From Pristiophorus japonicus (taxonomy: Eukaryota), in assembly GCF_044704955.1 (NCBI RefSeq), contig NC_091987.1, forward strand, positions 97,588,001 through 97,652,000: a stretch of 64,000 bases of DNA, written 5' to 3'. The notes beneath the pieces were generated by a model that had not been told where the DNA came from, searched no databases, and saw nothing but the letters and a program-made list of their open reading frames with translations. This document shows positions 12,104 to 24,319 of this stretch, in pieces. Each line of letters opens with the position of its first letter. Within the stretch, counting starts at the first letter, position 1. Both the position numbers and the translations under genes were made by a program.

Positions 12104-14422
12104 GCTTGATGACCCTGAGATGCTGAATGCCCACAGCGCTTTGTCTGCCCTCCAGGCCTCTATAACTAGTGCTTGTGAAGAGACACTTGGTCACAACCAG
12201 AAAACAGCAGGACTGGTTTGATGAAAATGATCAGGAGATCCAAGAACTAATAAATCGCAAGCACAGAGCACTTCTGAGCCTCAGCAACAACCCAACTCGG
12301 GAGCAGCAAAGCAACATTACAGGCAGCTCACGCTGATATCCAACAAAAAAAACCAGGACCTAAAGAACAGGTGGTGGATGGAGAAAGCACAAGAGATATA
12401 ACAACTGGCCGACAGCCATGGTGTGCGAGGATTCTTCATCGCAGTCAAGTCCACCTACGGTCCAAACTCCCAAGGTCCCACTCCACTGCTGGCCAAGAAC
12501 AGGAAAACACTCAAGGACACAAAGGCAGTCAGGACCCACTGGAAGGAGCACTTCGAAAATCTCCTCAATCGATACTCTGCCTTTGACTCGACTGTTCTCG
12601 ACTCCATCCCGCAGCATGTGACCCGCCACCACCTCAGTGAAACCCCAATGTTGCACGAGGTAGGAAAAGCCATAAGACAGCTCAAGAACAACAAGGCTAC
12701 AGGAGCGGATGGAACCCTGTTGAGGCGCTAAAGTATGGCGGAGAAGTGCTGTTGGCGCGGATAAATGACCTCATCTCTCTCATCTGGAGAGAGGAGAGCA
12801 TGCCGGGAGATCTCAGAGATGCAGTGATCGTGATCATCTTTAAAAAAGGGGACGAGTTGGACTGCGGCAATTACAGGGGGATCTCCCTATCAGCCACTGG
12901 GAAAGCTGTCGCTAGAGTCCTCCTCAACCGTCTTCTCCATGGCTGAGGAGCTCCTCCCGGAGTCACAGTGCGGATTTCGTCCCCTACGAGGCACAACAGG
13001 CATGATCTTTGCAGCGCAACAGCTGCAGGAAAAATGCAGGGAGCAGTGCCAGCCCTTATACATGGCCTTTTTCGACCTTATAAAAGGCCTTTGACACTGT
13101 CAACCGCGAGGGTCTATGGAGCGTCCTCCTCCGTTTTGGATGCCCCCAAAAGTTTGTCAACATCTTTCGCCTGCTCCATGACGACGTGCAGGCCGTGATC
13201 CTTACCAATGGATCCATTACAGACCCAATCCACATCCAGACTGGGGTCAAACAGGGCTGCATCATCGCTCCAACCCTCTTCTCAATCTTCCTCGCTGCCA
13301 TGCTCCACCTCAGTCAACAAGCTCCCCGCTGGAGTGGAACTAAACTACAGAACTAGTGGGAAGCGGTTTAACCTACGCCGCCTCCAGGCCATGTCCAAGA
13401 TCACCCCAACCTGTGTCGTTGAGCTACAGTACACGGACGACGCCTGCGCACATTCTGAGGCTGAACGTCAGGATATATTTACTGATGTATTAGCTGAGGC
13501 ATACAAAAGCATGGACCTTACGCTTAACATCCGTAAGACAAAAGGTCCTCCACCAGCCTGTCCTTGCCGCACAGCACTGCCCCCCAGTCATCAAGATCCA
13601 CAGCGCGACCCTCGACAACGTGGACCATTTCCCATACCTCGGGAGCCTATTATCAACAAAAGCAGACATTCATGAGGAGATTCAACACCGCCTCCGGTGT
13701 GCCAGTGCAGCCTTTGGCCGCCTGAGGAAAAGAGTGTTCAAAGACCAGGTCTTCAAATCTAGCACCAAGCTCATGGTCTACAGGGCTGTAGTAATACCTG
13801 CCCTCCTGTATGGCTCAGAGGCATGGTCCATGTACAGTAGACACCTCAAACGCTGGAGATATCACCAACTATGTCTCCGCAAGATCTTACAAATCCTCTG
13901 GGAGGACAGGCGCACCAACATCAGTGTCCTCATCCAAGCCAACATCCCCAGCATTGAAGCGCTGACCACACTCGATCAGCTCCACCGGGCAGGCCACATA
14001 GTTCGCATGCCAGACACGAGACTCCCAAAGCAAGTGCTCTAAGTGGAGCTCCTTCACGGCAAACGAACCAAAGGCGGGCAGCGGAAACGTTACAAGGACA
14101 CCCCCAAAGCCTCCCTGATAAAGTGCAACATCTCCAATGACACCTGGGAGTCCCTGGCCAAAGACCGCCCGAAGTGGAGAAAGTGCATCCGGGAGAGCGC
14201 TGTGCACTTCGAGTCGCAACACCAAGAACGTGAAGAAATCAAGCGCAGGCAGTGGAAAGAGCGTGCGGCAAACCAGTCCCACCCACCCCTTCCCTCAACG
14301 ACTATCTATCCCACTTGTGACAGAGTCTGTGGCTCTAGTATTGGACTGTTCAGCCACCAAAGAACTCACTTCAGGAGTGGAAGCAAGTCTTCCTCAATTC
14401 TGAGAGACTGCCTATGATGATG
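12104..14422 (+). mobile_element. RTE-clade LINE (BovB-like), 5'-truncated, decayed
   Basis: RT motifs CGNYRGISL, GVKQGC and LQYTDD; C-terminal CPTC-like zinc finger (TCDRVCGSSIGLFSHQRTH); (ATG)n tail. 9-bp TSD ATATAAATG (12095-12103, 14423-14431) within a SINE tail. Confidence 0.93.
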
Positions 14423-14838
14423 ATATAAATGCAAGTCTTCCTTTGTTACCCGTGTAGATAAAGGACTGAACTGTGGTTTTTGCACTTCAAGCTGCAGGCT
14501 CAATGAAGTAGCTTGGCAGGTGAACCCCGATTATTCATGTTCAAAACACAAAACAATTTGAACACACACTGGGGGAAATCGAAGGACTTGCCAAAGCTGC
14601 TGTTATATTGGCCCTCAAATTACAGTATGATGGCGAGTACACCGTCATACTCCCTTTAAAGTGCACTGCAAGTTTGGGAATTCCGCATGCGCGAAATCCA
14701 GAACATGCTGCCGGTCAACATATGCGTTGACAAACTGTCCGCAAGGGCCACAAAAAAAAGCAACCGCTGGCACAGAGGTGGCCAGTGATTGCGCATGGAA
14801 ATATTACGCAGGGCCTGTTTGCATCAGTGTAAGGGGGT

Positions 14839-16249
14839 ATAGAAACATAGAAAATAGGTGCAGGAGTATGCCATTCGGCCCTTCGAGCCTGCACCGCCAT
14901 TCAATATCATGGCCGATCATTCCCTCAGTACCCCTTTCCTGCTTTCTCTCCATACCCCTTGATCCCCTTAGCCGTAGGGGCCATATCTAACTCCCTCTTG
15001 AATATATCCAATGAACTGGTATCAACAACTCTCTGCGGCAGGGAATTCCACAGGTTAACAACACTCAGTGAAGAAGTTTCTCCTGATCTCAGTCCTAAAT
15101 GGTCGACCCCTTATCCTAAGAATATGTCCCCTGGTTCTGGACTTCCCCAATATCGGGAACATTCTTCTCGCATCTAACCTGTCCAGTCCTGTCAGAATCT
15201 TACACATTTCTATGAGATCCCATCTCATCCTTCTAAACTCCAGTGAATAAAGGCCCAGTTGATCCAGTCTCTCCTCATATGACAGTCCAGCCATCCCTGG
15301 AATCAGTTTGGTGAACCTTTGCTGCACTCCCTCAATAGCAAAAACGTCCTTCCTCAGATTAGGACACCAAAACTGAACACAATATTCCAGGTGAGGCCTC
15401 ACCAAGGCCCTGTACAACTGCAGTAAGACCTCCCTGCTTCTATGCTCAAAACGTCTCGCTATGAAGGCCAACATACCATTTGCCTTCTTCACCGCCTGCT
15501 GTACCTGCATGCCAACTTTCAATGACTGATGAACCATGACATCCAGGTCTCGTTGCACCTCCCCTTTTCCTAATCTGCCGCCATTCAGATAATATTCTGC
15601 CTTCGTGTTTTTGCCACCAAAATGTATAACCTCACATTTATCCACATTATACTGCATCTGCCATGCATTTGCCCACTCACCTAACCTGTCCAAGTCACCC
15701 TGCGGCCTCTTAGCGTCCTCCTCACAGCTCACACCGTCACCCAGTTTAGTGTCATCTGCAAACTTGGAGATATTGCACTCAATTCCTTCATCTAAAATCA
15801 TTAATGTATATTGTAAAGAGTTGGGGTCCCAGCACTGAGCCCTGTGGCACTCCACTAGTCACTGCCTGCCATTCTGAAAAGGACCCGTTTATCCTGACTC
15901 TCTGCTGCCTGTCTGCCAAGTTCTCTATCCACATCAGTACATTACCCCCAATACCATGCACTTTGATTTTGCACACCAATCTCTTGTGCAGGAGCTTGTC
16001 AAAAGCCTTTTGAAAGACCAAATACACCACATCCACTGGTTCTTCCTTGTCCACTCTGCTAGTTACATCCTCAAAAAAATTCCAGAAGATTCGTCAAGCA
16101 TGATTTCCCTTTCATAAATCCATGCTGACTTGGTCCGATCCTGTCACTGCTTTCCAAATGCGCTGCTATTTCATCCTTAATGATGGATTCCAACATTTTC
16201 CCCATTACTGATGTCAGGCTAACCAGTCTATAATTGCCCGTTTTCTCTC
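14839..16249 (-). mobile_element. CR1 LINE 3' part (RT and tail)
   Basis: ORFs 15788..16054 and 15055..15855 carry CR1 RT motifs; tail reverse complement ATAGAAACATAGAAA. Confidence 0.95.
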
Positions 16250-17089
16250 AGCCATGAATTAAACATTTTCATATTCCAAATAATGCACGCTGTATGAAGT
16301 GAGTTTATGCAAATATTGGCCCAGATTACAGTTTTAATGAGGTATAAAATTTATAAGAGAATTTAATTTTTAGTGAGGTTGGTGAAATGAAGGTAATGAT
16401 TAATAAAATCTCAATTCTATACATTGTATAATTATTAGATTTGGCGATTCCATTGCATCTCATTAGGATGTAAATGATTGAAATGGAGTTCGGCTTATTG
16501 ATTGGAGGACCAGACACGTGATCCCAGGGACACTTCCACACTATCTGCATCCCTGGGATCTGGGAGCCATTACGCTGTCCCCCGCCTCGAAGTCGGAGAC
16601 TGCAGGTTTTCGCAGACTGATCGCCAACAGGTACTTCGTCATTCTTTCATAAGTCGGAGGCTTGCTCCAGAGGCACACCTCCTAGCGCAATTTCTCACCC
16701 TTTGGGTTAAGTATCATGCTAGTTGACTGTGAAGCTAGAAATCAACGACTACTAGTTTCCAAAGCACAAGCATTTACAAGAATATCAGAAGGATTATTCC
16801 TGTAGGGAAGAATGCTATTTCGGTACAACTGATACTTCTTCGGAATTCACTTGAGGGAACTTGTCCATTTCATGTAACTTTAGTAAGCTTTCACAGACTG
16901 TGGAGTACATGAAGACTGGATTACAAACTAAGAACTCTTTACAATTATAAGGATAAGCAAGCTATGTTATAGATCAATTTCAGATCTTGTGTGCCGATTT
17001 CAGTCAGACTTTAGAAAGGATATAAAAAATAGCCTCATTCAATCAAATGCAGCAAGTAACATCCAGTACAGAAAGCACTTACTCGGTTT

Positions 17090-18625
17090 CCCATGTCCTA
17101 ACTGGCACCAAGTCCTGCTCACCCATCACCCCTTGCTCGCTGACCTATATTGGCTTTTGGTTAAGCAACACCTCCATTTCAAAATTCTCATCCTTATTTT
17201 CAAATACCTCCATGGCCTCACCTCTCCCCATCTCTAATCTCCTTCAGCCCCTCCCAGAGATGTCTGCACTCCTCTAATTCTGCCCTCCTGATCATCCCTG
17301 ATTCTAATCGGGATAAAGGGTCCTTTTCAGAATGGCAGGCAGTGATGCGTGGAGTGCCGCAGGGCTCAGTGCTGGGACCCCAGCTCTTTACAATATACAT
17401 TAACGATTCGGATGAAGGAATTGAGTGTCGTATCTCCAAGTTTGCAGATGATACTAAACTGGGTAGCGGTGTGAGCTGTGAGGAGGACACTAAAAGGCTG
17501 CAGAGTGACTTGGACAGGTTAGGTGAATGGGCAAATGTATGGCAGATGCAGTATAATGTGGATAAATGTTAGGTTATCCATTTTGGGGGCAAAAACACAA
17601 AGGCAGATTATCTGAATGGCGGCAGATTAGGAAAAGGGGAGGTGCAACGAGACCTGGGTGTCATGGTTCATCAGTCATTGAAAGTTGGCATGCAGGTACA
17701 GCAGGCAGTGAAGGCGGCAAATGGTATGTTGGCCTTCATAGCTGGGGGATTTGTGTATAGGAGCAGGGAGGTCTTACTGCAGTTGTATAGGGCCTTAGGT
17801 GAAGCCTCACCTGGAATATTGTGTTCAGTTTTGGTCTCCTAATCCGAGGAAGGACGTTCTTGCTATTGAGGGAGTGCAGCGAAGGTTCACCAGACTGATT
17901 CCAGGGTTGGCTGGACTGTCATATGAGGAGAGACTGGATCAACTGGGTCTTTATTGACTGGAGTTTCGAAGGATGATAGGGGATCTCATAGAAACATAAG
18001 ATTCTGACGGGACTGGACAGGTTAGATGCAGGAAGAATGTTCCCGATGTCGGGGAAGTCCAGAACCAGGGGACAGAGTCTTAGGATAAGGGGTAGGCCAT
18101 TTAGGACTGAGATGCGGAGAAACTTCTTCACTCAGAGTTGTTAACCTGTGGAATTCCCTGCTGCAAAGAGTTGTTGATGCCAGTTCATTGGATATATTCA
18201 AGAGGGAATTAGATATGGCCCTTATGGCTAAGGGGATCAAGGGGTATGGAGAGAAAGCAGGAAAGGGGTACTGAGGGAGTGATCAGCCATGATCTTATTG
18301 AATGGCGGTGCAGGCTCGAAGGGCCGAATGGCCTACTCCTGCACCTATTTTCTATGTTTCTATGTAATCGCTCAACCATTGATGGCCGTACCTTCTGTTG
18401 CCAAAGCCCCAAGCTCTGGAACTCCCTGCCTAAACCTCTCTGCCTCTCTTTCCTCCTTCAAGACGCTCCTTAAAACATACCTCTTTGATCAAGATTTTGG
18501 TGACCTGTACTGATGTCTACTTATGCGGCACGCTGTCAAATTGTTTTCTCTCATAATACTCCTGTGAAGTGCCTTGGGACGTTTCACTATGTTAAAGATG
18601 CTAGATAAATACAAGTTGTTGTTGT
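17090..18625 (+). mobile_element. L2 3' fragment split by a CR1 insertion
   Basis: L2 sequence resumes after the TSD TAATCG; L2 tail AAATACAAGTTGTTGTTG near 18610. Confidence 0.8.
17311..18364 (+). mobile_element. CR1 LINE 3' part
   Basis: [10 protein letters not shown] and FADDTKL motifs, TTTCTATG tail, 6-bp TSD TAATCG (17305-17310, 18365-18370). Confidence 0.95.
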
Positions 18626-19161
18626 GTATTTTGTAAATATAGAATTTTAGTTTTGCTTGCCATTATCAATGTTCCTCCTGATTTTTCTGAGTGCGTGGCC
18701 CCTTTAATGGAAAATTTCATACCGGAAAAGTCAGTCCCAGGCTACACTCAATTAAATGGCAATTTTTCCCAACCCTTGTACTGATGGTTTTGTACTACGA
18801 ATTGATGCTCTTGAAGAAAAAAACACATTGGTTGACTAATTGATTAAATGGGGATCAATATAGTCTTGACAGTTAAGTCATCAAGTTGTCTGTAATTTCT
18901 TTTAACATCCTCAACAGACTGGGGCAGGGGGGGGGGGGGGGGGGGGGGGGACACAGATTAAACAACAACTTGCATTTATATAGCATCTTTAACGTAGATA
19001 TGGGCAAGATTATACACATCCTGGTGTATCAATGCAAAAATAACCTACATGCCACGTAGTGTGCCTGGAATGAGAGAGGATGCTCCAGGACTGCGAGGGA
19101 TGCTCACTGCTTTTTCCTGTTCACTCCAAAATCAGACTGTGTATTCAGGCTAAAACTAATA

Positions 19162-19360
19162 CAGGTTGGACCTCCCTTATCTGAGACTCCCTTATCGGCA
19201 CCACCCCTCGTCCGGCATGGTTCTGGTGGCAGGGGGCACGTGCGCAGAACACGGCCGACCTCCACCCCAACTTTGGGGTGTTGCCGACACCTGGCCTACC
19301 AACACTTCGGGCCTGCCCAGGGCACCGATCTCCCCATTTTACCACCCCCCACCCCATAGC
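19162..19360. mobile_element. Possible left end of a pogo/Tigger-like MITE
   Basis: TA followed by CAGGTTGGACCTCCCTTATC resembles Tigger-type TIR starts; no matching right TIR was seen. Confidence 0.35.
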
Positions 19361-19364
19361 ATAA

Positions 19365-19910
19365 CCATGACCACCTACTTTCACCTCCGTAACATCGCCC
19401 ATCTCCGCCCTTGCTTCAGCACACCCGCTGCTGAAGCCCTGATCCATGCCTTTGTTACCTCTAGACTTGACTATTCCAATGCAGTCCTGGCTGGTCTCCC
19501 ACATTCTACCCTATGTAAACTAGAGGTTGATCCAAAACTAGCTACCCGTGTCCTAACTTGTCTCGCTCGCCCATCATCCCTGTGTTCAAAGATGTACATA
19601 GGGCCACAACCACAAAGAGATGTCAGCACTCCTCTAATTCTGCCCTCCTGAGCATCCTTGATTGTAATCGCTCAACCATTGGTGGCCGTGCCTTCTGTTG
19701 CCTAGGCCCAAAGCTCTGGAACTCCCTGCCTAAATCTCTCCGCCTCTCTAGCCTCCTTCAAAACATACCTTTCTAACCAAGCTTTTGGTTACGCGCTAAT
19801 TTCTACTTATGCGGCACGCTGTCAAATTTTTTATTGCATAATACTATTGTGAAATGCCTTGGGGTGTTTCACTATGTTAAAGGCGCTGCATAAATACAAG
19901 TTGTTGTTGT
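19365..19910 (+). mobile_element. L2 3' fragment
   Basis: YFHLRNIAHLRPCFS...LIHAFVTSRLDYSN motif and L2 tail AAAGGCGCTGCATAAATACAAGTTGTTGTTG. Confidence 0.88.
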
Positions 19911-20810
19911 AGTAATACGATATTTGATTTATACAATACATAAATGCTTTCAAATCAAAAAAAAATGGCACTTCCTGTCCTTCATTTTCTGTTTTTTCTG
20001 ACTGAGTCCCTGATGGATGCTACACAGGACGACTTTAATGGAGTCCTTCATGGTCATGGTATAGGCAGAATGAAGCAGCAAAGTGAAAGTGATGATATTG
20101 AAAGTGATATTGGGTGCCCTTTCTTTGAAGTAAAAGATCCTCAGTTTGTTTTTGACATGTGTTCGCCATTGAACTTGCATCATGTTCAGTTCTCATATTC
20201 ATCAATGCTTCAAAATAATGTACAACCTCAACTCCTCTTAGAACAAAGCTCCTTTGATGGTTCAGCTATTGTAAACTAGTAAAGAAAGCAGTTTTGGCAG
20301 TTAACAAACATGCAAGTTCCAAACAATATTCAGTACTCAAAAGGGTTAATCTGTACTGTTTCATTTCAGCGATGCGTGCCAGTGGCAAAACACTTGCTTT
20401 GGGTATATTTTTATATTGCAGTTCAATGCTGTTGCAACTAGTTTACTAATGTATGATTGATTGGAGCTTGAGGCTACATATAAATACCCATACCGACCTC
20501 TGCCTTGCAGAGGTTGAACGCCAACTCTGACACCTCGTCCTACCTCCCACAGGACCATGACCCCATTACTGAAGATCAAGCCATCATTTCCAAGACTGTC
20601 ATTGACCTCATCTCCTCTGGAGATCTTTCTTCCACAGCCACCAACCTCATAGCCCCCCAACCCCACAGCCTGCTTCTACCTCCTTCCCAAGATCCACAAA
20701 CAGGACTATCCTGGTAGACCCATTGCTTCAGCCTGTTCTTGCTCCACGGAACATATCTCTTCCTGTCTCGACTCTTTTTTCTCCCCTTGCCCAGTCCCTT
20801 CCCACCTACA

Positions 20811-21337
20811 GGAAAAAGAGTGGGAGCGCAATAGTGATAGGGGATTCAATGGTGAGGGGAATAGATAGACGTTTCTGCGGCCGCAACCGAGACTCCAGGA
20901 TGGTATGTTGCCTCCCTGGTGCAAGGGTCAAGGATATCTCGGAGCGGGTGCAGGACATTCTGAAATGGGAGGGAGAACAGCCAGTTGTCGTGGTGCACAT
21001 TGGTACCAATGACATAGGTAAAAAAAAAAGGGATGAGGTCCTACGAAACGAATTTAAGGAGCTAGGAGCTAAATTAAAAAGTAGGACCTCAAAAGTAGTA
21101 ATCTCGGGATTGCTAAAAGTGCCACGTGCTAGTCAGAGTAGGAATCGCAGGATAGCTCAGATGAATACGTGGCTTGAGCAGTGGTGCAGCAGGGAGGGAT
21201 TCAAATTCCTGGGGCATTGGAACCGGTTCTGGGGGAGGTGGGACCAGTACAAACCAGACGGTCTGCACCTGGGCAGGACCGGAACCAATGTCCTAGGGGG
21301 AGTGTTTGCTAGTGCTGTTGGGGAGGATTTAAACTAA
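20811..21337 (+). pseudogene. CR1 ORF1 C-terminal SGNH/GDSL esterase domain
   Basis: VIGDSMVRG, HIGTND and DGLHL blocks of SGNH hydrolases; ends EDLN-TAA. Confidence 0.9.
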
Positions 21338-24319
21338 TATGGCAGGGGGATGGGAACCAATGCAGGGAGACAGAGGGAGACAAAAAGGAGGCAAAAGCAA
21401 AAGACAGAAAGGAGATGAGGAAAAGTGGAGGGCAGAGAAACCCAAGGCAAAGAACAAAAAGGGCCACTGTACAGCAAAATTCTAAAAGGACAAAGGGTGT
21501 TAAAAAAACAAGCCTGGAGGCTTTGTGTCTTAATGCAAGGAGTATCCGCAATAAGGTGGATGAATTAACTGTGCAAATAGATGTTAACAAATATGATGTG
21601 ATTGGGATTACGGGGACGTGGCTCCAGGATGATCAGGGCTGGGAACTCAACATCCAGGGGTATTCAACATTCAGGAAGGATAGAATAAAAGGAAAAGGAG
21701 ATGGGGTAGCATTGCTGGTTAAAGAGGAGATTAATGCAATAGTTAGGAAAGACATCAGCTTGGATGATGTGGAATCTATATGGGTAGAGCTGCAGAACAC
21801 CAAAGGGCAAAAAACCTTAGTGGGAGTTGTGTACAGACCTCCAAACAGTAGTAGTGATGTTGGGGAGGGCATCAAACAGGAAATTAGGGGTGCATGCAAT
21901 AAAGATGCAGCAGTTATAATGGGTGACTTTAATATGCATATAGATTGGGCTAACCAAACTGGAAGCAATACGGTGGAGGACGATTTCCTGGAGTGCATAA
22001 GGGATGGTTTTCTAGACCAATATGTCGAGGAACCAACTAGGGGGGAGGCCATCTTAGACTGGGTGTTGTGTAATGAGAGAGGATTAATTAGCAATCTCAT
22101 TGTGCGAGGCCCCTTGGGGAAGACTGACCATAATATGGTGGAATTCTGCACTAGGATGGAGAATGAAACAGTTAATTCAGAGACCATGGTCCAGAACTTA
22201 AAGAAGGGTAACTTTGAAGGTATGAGGCGTGAATTGGCTAGGATAGATTGGCGAATGATACTTAAGGGGTTGACTGTGGATGGGCAATGGCAGACATTTA
22301 GAGACCGCATGGATGAATTACAACAATTGTACATTCCTGTCTGGCGTAAAAATAAAAAAGGGAAGGTGGCTCAACCGTGGCTATCAAGGGAAATCGGGGA
22401 TAGCATTAAAGCCAAGGAAATGGCATACAAATTGGCCAGAAATAGCAGCAAACCCAGGGACTGGGAGAAATTTAGAACTCAGCAGAGGAGGACAAAGGGT
22501 TTGATTAGGGCAGGGAAAATGGAGTACGAGAAGAAGCTTGCAGGGAACATTAAGGCGGATTGCAAAAGTTTCTATAGATATGTAAAGAGAAAAAGGTTAG
22601 TAAAGACAAACGTAGGTCCCCTGCAGTCAGAATCAGGGGAAGTCATAACGGGGAACAAAGAAATGGCAGACCAATTGAACAAGTACTTTAGTTCGGTATT
22701 CACTAAGGAGGACACAAACAACCTTCCAGATATAAAAGTGGTCAGAGGGTCTAGTAAGGAGGAGGAACTGAGGGAAATCTTTATTAGTCAGGAAATTGTG
22801 TTGGGGAAATTGATGGGATTGAAGGCCGATAAATCCCCAGGGCCTGATGGACTGCATCCCAGAGTACTTAAGGAGGTGGCCTTGGAAATAGCGGATGCAT
22901 TGACAGTCATTTTCCAACATTCCATTGACTCTGGATCAGTTCCTATCGAGTGGAGGGTAGCCAATGTAACCCCACTTTTTAAAAAAAGGAGGGAGAGAGA
23001 AAACAGGGAATTATAGACCGGTCAGCCTGACCTCAGTAGTGGGTAAAATGATGGAATCAATTATTAAGGATGTCATAGCAGCGCATTTGGAAAATGGTGA
23101 CATGATGGGTCCAAGTCAGCATGGATTTGTGAAAGGGAAATCATGCTTGACAAATCTTCTGGAATTTTTTGAGGATGTTTCCAGTAAAGTGGACAAAGGA
23201 GAACCAGTTGATGTGGTATATTTGGACTTTCAGAAGGCTTTCGACAAGGTCCCACACAAGAGATTAATGTGCAAAGTTAAAGCACATGGGATTGGGGGTA
23301 GTGTGCTGACGTGGATTGAGAACTGGTTGTCAGACAGGAAGCAAAGAGTAGGAGTAAATGGGTACTTTTCAGAATGGCAGGCAGTGACTAGTGGGGTACC
23401 GCAAGGTTCTGTGCTGGGGCCCCAGCTGTTTACATTGTACATTAATGATTTAGACGAGGGGATTAAATGTAGTATCTCCAAATTTGCAGATGACACTAAG
23501 TTGGGTGGCAGTGTGAGCTGCGAGGAGGATGCTATGAGGCTGCAGAGTGACTTGGATAGGTTAGGTAAGTGGGCAAATGAATGGCAGATGAAGTATAATG
23601 TGGATAAATGTGAGGTTATCCACTTTGGTGGTAAAAACAGAGAGACAGACTATTATCTGAATGGTGACAGATTAGGAAAAGGGAAGGTGCAACGAGACCT
23701 GGGTGTCATGGTACATCAGTCATTGAAGGTTGGCATGCAGGTACAGCAGGCGGTTAAGAAAGCAAATGGCATGTTGGCCTTCACAGCGAGGGGATTTGAG
23801 TACAGGGGCAGGGAGGTGTTGCTACAGTTGTACAGGGCCTTGGCGAGGCCACACCTGGAGTATTGTGTACAGTTTTGGTCTCCTAACTTGAGGAAGGACA
23901 TTCTTGCTATTGAGGGAGTGCAGTGAAGATTCACCAGACTGATTCCCGGGATGGTGGGACTGACCTATCAAGAAAGACTGGATCAACTGGGCTTGTATTC
24001 ACTGGAGTTCAGAAGAATGAGAGGGGACCTCATAGAAACGTATAAAATTCTGACGGGGTTAGACAGGTTAGATGCAGGAAGAATGTTCCCAATGTTGGGG
24101 AAGTCCAGAACCAGGGGTCATAGTCTGAGGATAAGAGGTAAGCCATTTAGGACCGAGATGAGGAGAAACTTCTTCACCCAGAGAGTGGTGAACCTGTGGA
24201 ATTCTCTACCACAGAAAGTAGTTGAGGCCAATTCACTAAATATATTCAAAAGGGAGTTAGATGAAGTCCTTACTACTCGGGGGATCAAGGGGTATGGCGA
24301 GAAAGCAGGAAGGGGGTAG
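21328..24319 (+). pseudogene. CR1 ORF2 (APE endonuclease + RT), about 2 lesions
   Basis: LNARSI, GVVYRPP, MGDFN and (T)DHN endonuclease motifs; RT LDFQKAFD and FADD. Frameshift near 22985 and stop at 23924-23926. Confidence 0.93.

Noticed and set aside
16520-16560. Perfect 11-bp inverted repeat GATCCCAGGGA/TCCCTGGGATC beside an E-box
   Set aside because: A single short hairpin with no recognisable RNA family; plausible by chance or as an old repeat remnant.
20723-20810. Penelope-CR1 esterase fusion ORF 20723..21337 as a gene
   Set aside because: Non-ATG start in decayed Penelope sequence; a chance in-frame junction at the CR1 truncation point.
21633-22334. Long antisense ORFs over CR1 and RTE (e.g. 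21633..22334, 41346..41894, 32521..32904)
   Set aside because: Shadow frames of LINE ORF2 with no independent signals.
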